Source: a virus (taxonomy: Duplodnaviria; Caudoviricetes). From it: a stretch of DNA of 64,000 bases. The notes under the pieces were generated by a model. It saw only the letters and a list, made by a program, of their open reading frames with translations, was not told where the DNA came from and made no database searches. Positions 63,247-64,000 of the stretch are shown in pieces; the first letter of the stretch is position 1, and each line of letters opens with the position of its first letter. The stretch lies in the IMG/VR virus record IMGVR_UViG_3300020465_001196, one strand, 5' to 3'. A program made the position numbers and the translations under genes.

Positions 63247-63326
63247 CCATTTATTTTAGTCTAAATACCCCAAAAAAATGTAATGATTTCAATGACTTAC
63301 GTGAGGCATTTTTATTAAAAAGAGGC

Positions 63327-63354
63327 TTGACATAACAGTATACTGTGTTATAGT
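63327..63354 (+). promoter_or_regulatory. Early-class promoter (divergent)
   Basis: TTGACA-N16-TATAGT with GTGT extension; SD AAAGGAG. Confidence 0.8.
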
Positions 63355-63386
63355 TAATAATACAATTTACAACAAAAGGAGCAGTA

Positions 63387-63974
63387 ATGTATACAACACA
63401 ACAAGTACAAGCAGGTATTAAGTTTTTGCAGAATGCTAATGTTAACATGGAAGTAGAGTATGATGGTGATGAGAAGCAAATACACATACACATACATACT
63501 CCTGAGGGCACTCGTTTTTGGACTAGTGGAGATAGCATATGGAGTGACAGGGGTGTTAAAAAAGGTGTACTAGTAGAAGGTATTGGTATGTGTGCTACGT
63601 ACACAGACTACGAAGAAGACAACTATTGGAGTGGAGGACTTGCGGGCAACATTAACTATGATGGTAGTGGAAAAAACGGCACATGGTATGATGGAATTGA
63701 CGATCCCTCTGCGTTAATTAATAGGAACCCTAGTAAAGCAAGTGATGGATTAATTTATACAGACTATGGCTTTATTGAGAATGCATTTAAATATATGGAA
63801 GAGCATTGCGACTTTAACAGCAAACTGTTAAGGGAAAAGTTTTTAGACTTTGACTATAGCGAACAGGGAATGCAAGATGAGGGTAACGTTAACTTAGACG
63901 TTGACTTAGATGGAGACTTTTGGATACATTGTAATGACGAGTTAGTAAAGTTTACAGCAACTAAAGTTGCATAA
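63387..63974 (+). CDS. Acidic hypothetical early protein
   Basis: Own promoter and SD; C-terminal FDYSEQGMQ...VNLDV. Confidence 0.7.
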   Translation: MYTTQQVQAGIKFLQNANVNMEVEYDGDEKQIHIHIHTPEGTRFWTSGDSIWSDRGVKKGVLVEGIGMCATYTDYEEDNYWSGGLAGNINYDGSGKNGTWYDGIDDPSALINRNPSKASDGLIYTDYGFIENAFKYMEEHCDFNSKLLREKFLDFDYSEQGMQDEGNVNLDVDLDGDFWIHCNDELVKFTATKVA

Positions 63975-64000
63975 CACGTAAAAAGAAAAAGCCCCTTTGC

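Noticed and set aside
63288-63300. IHF-like site TTTCAATGACTTA between divergent promoters
   Set aside because: Single mismatched copy in AT-rich DNA; expected by chance.
55621-63360. CRISPR array from recurring ~30-nt repeats
   Set aside because: The repeats are promoter/RBS cassettes separated by whole genes, not by 30-40-nt spacers; no cas genes.
1-64000. Alternative genetic code (stop-codon recoding)
   Set aside because: Long genes are intact under the standard code, and TAA, TGA and TAG all end ORFs at sensible gene junctions.

Overview
AT-rich 64-kb segment of a large T4-related myophage genome. The giant gp6/gp7-like baseplate genes suggest a jumbo-type phage. Host-like genes look alphaproteobacterial, possibly SAR11 (inference). 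Layout: gp47 and gp55 (1-1.8 kb); baseplate hub/spike operon (1.9-7.2 kb, +); three self-promoted accessory genes encoding a lipoprotein, an HTH protein and an NCS2 purine permease (7.2-9.5 kb, -); glycosyltransferase/radical SAM cluster A (9.7-17.2 kb, -); tail/baseplate operon with a 3901-aa wedge protein, gp6 and gp25 (17.2-36.4 kb, -); clpP and cluster B (36.5-50 kb), holding 4 SGNH-like, 4 TEK-motif GT-B-like proteins, a sulfotransferase, APS kinase, 2 radical SAMs, SufE and AlgH; SET, SDR, ribosomal protein L7/L12 and small membrane proteins (50-53.8 kb); a 1.1-kb largely non-coding repeat/hairpin region (53.8-54.9 kb); and an early-type module of small genes behind near-identical sigma70 promoter cassettes (54.9-64 kb). 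The best candidate for an undescribed system is a roughly 20-gene phage-encoded glycan assembly and tailoring pathway. Also notable are a terminator/promoter/RBS palindrome switch, a candidate HTH-operator regulon and the structured non-coding region. I saw no tRNA, rRNA, CRISPR array or mobile element. All family calls come from motif recognition by eye, not database searches.
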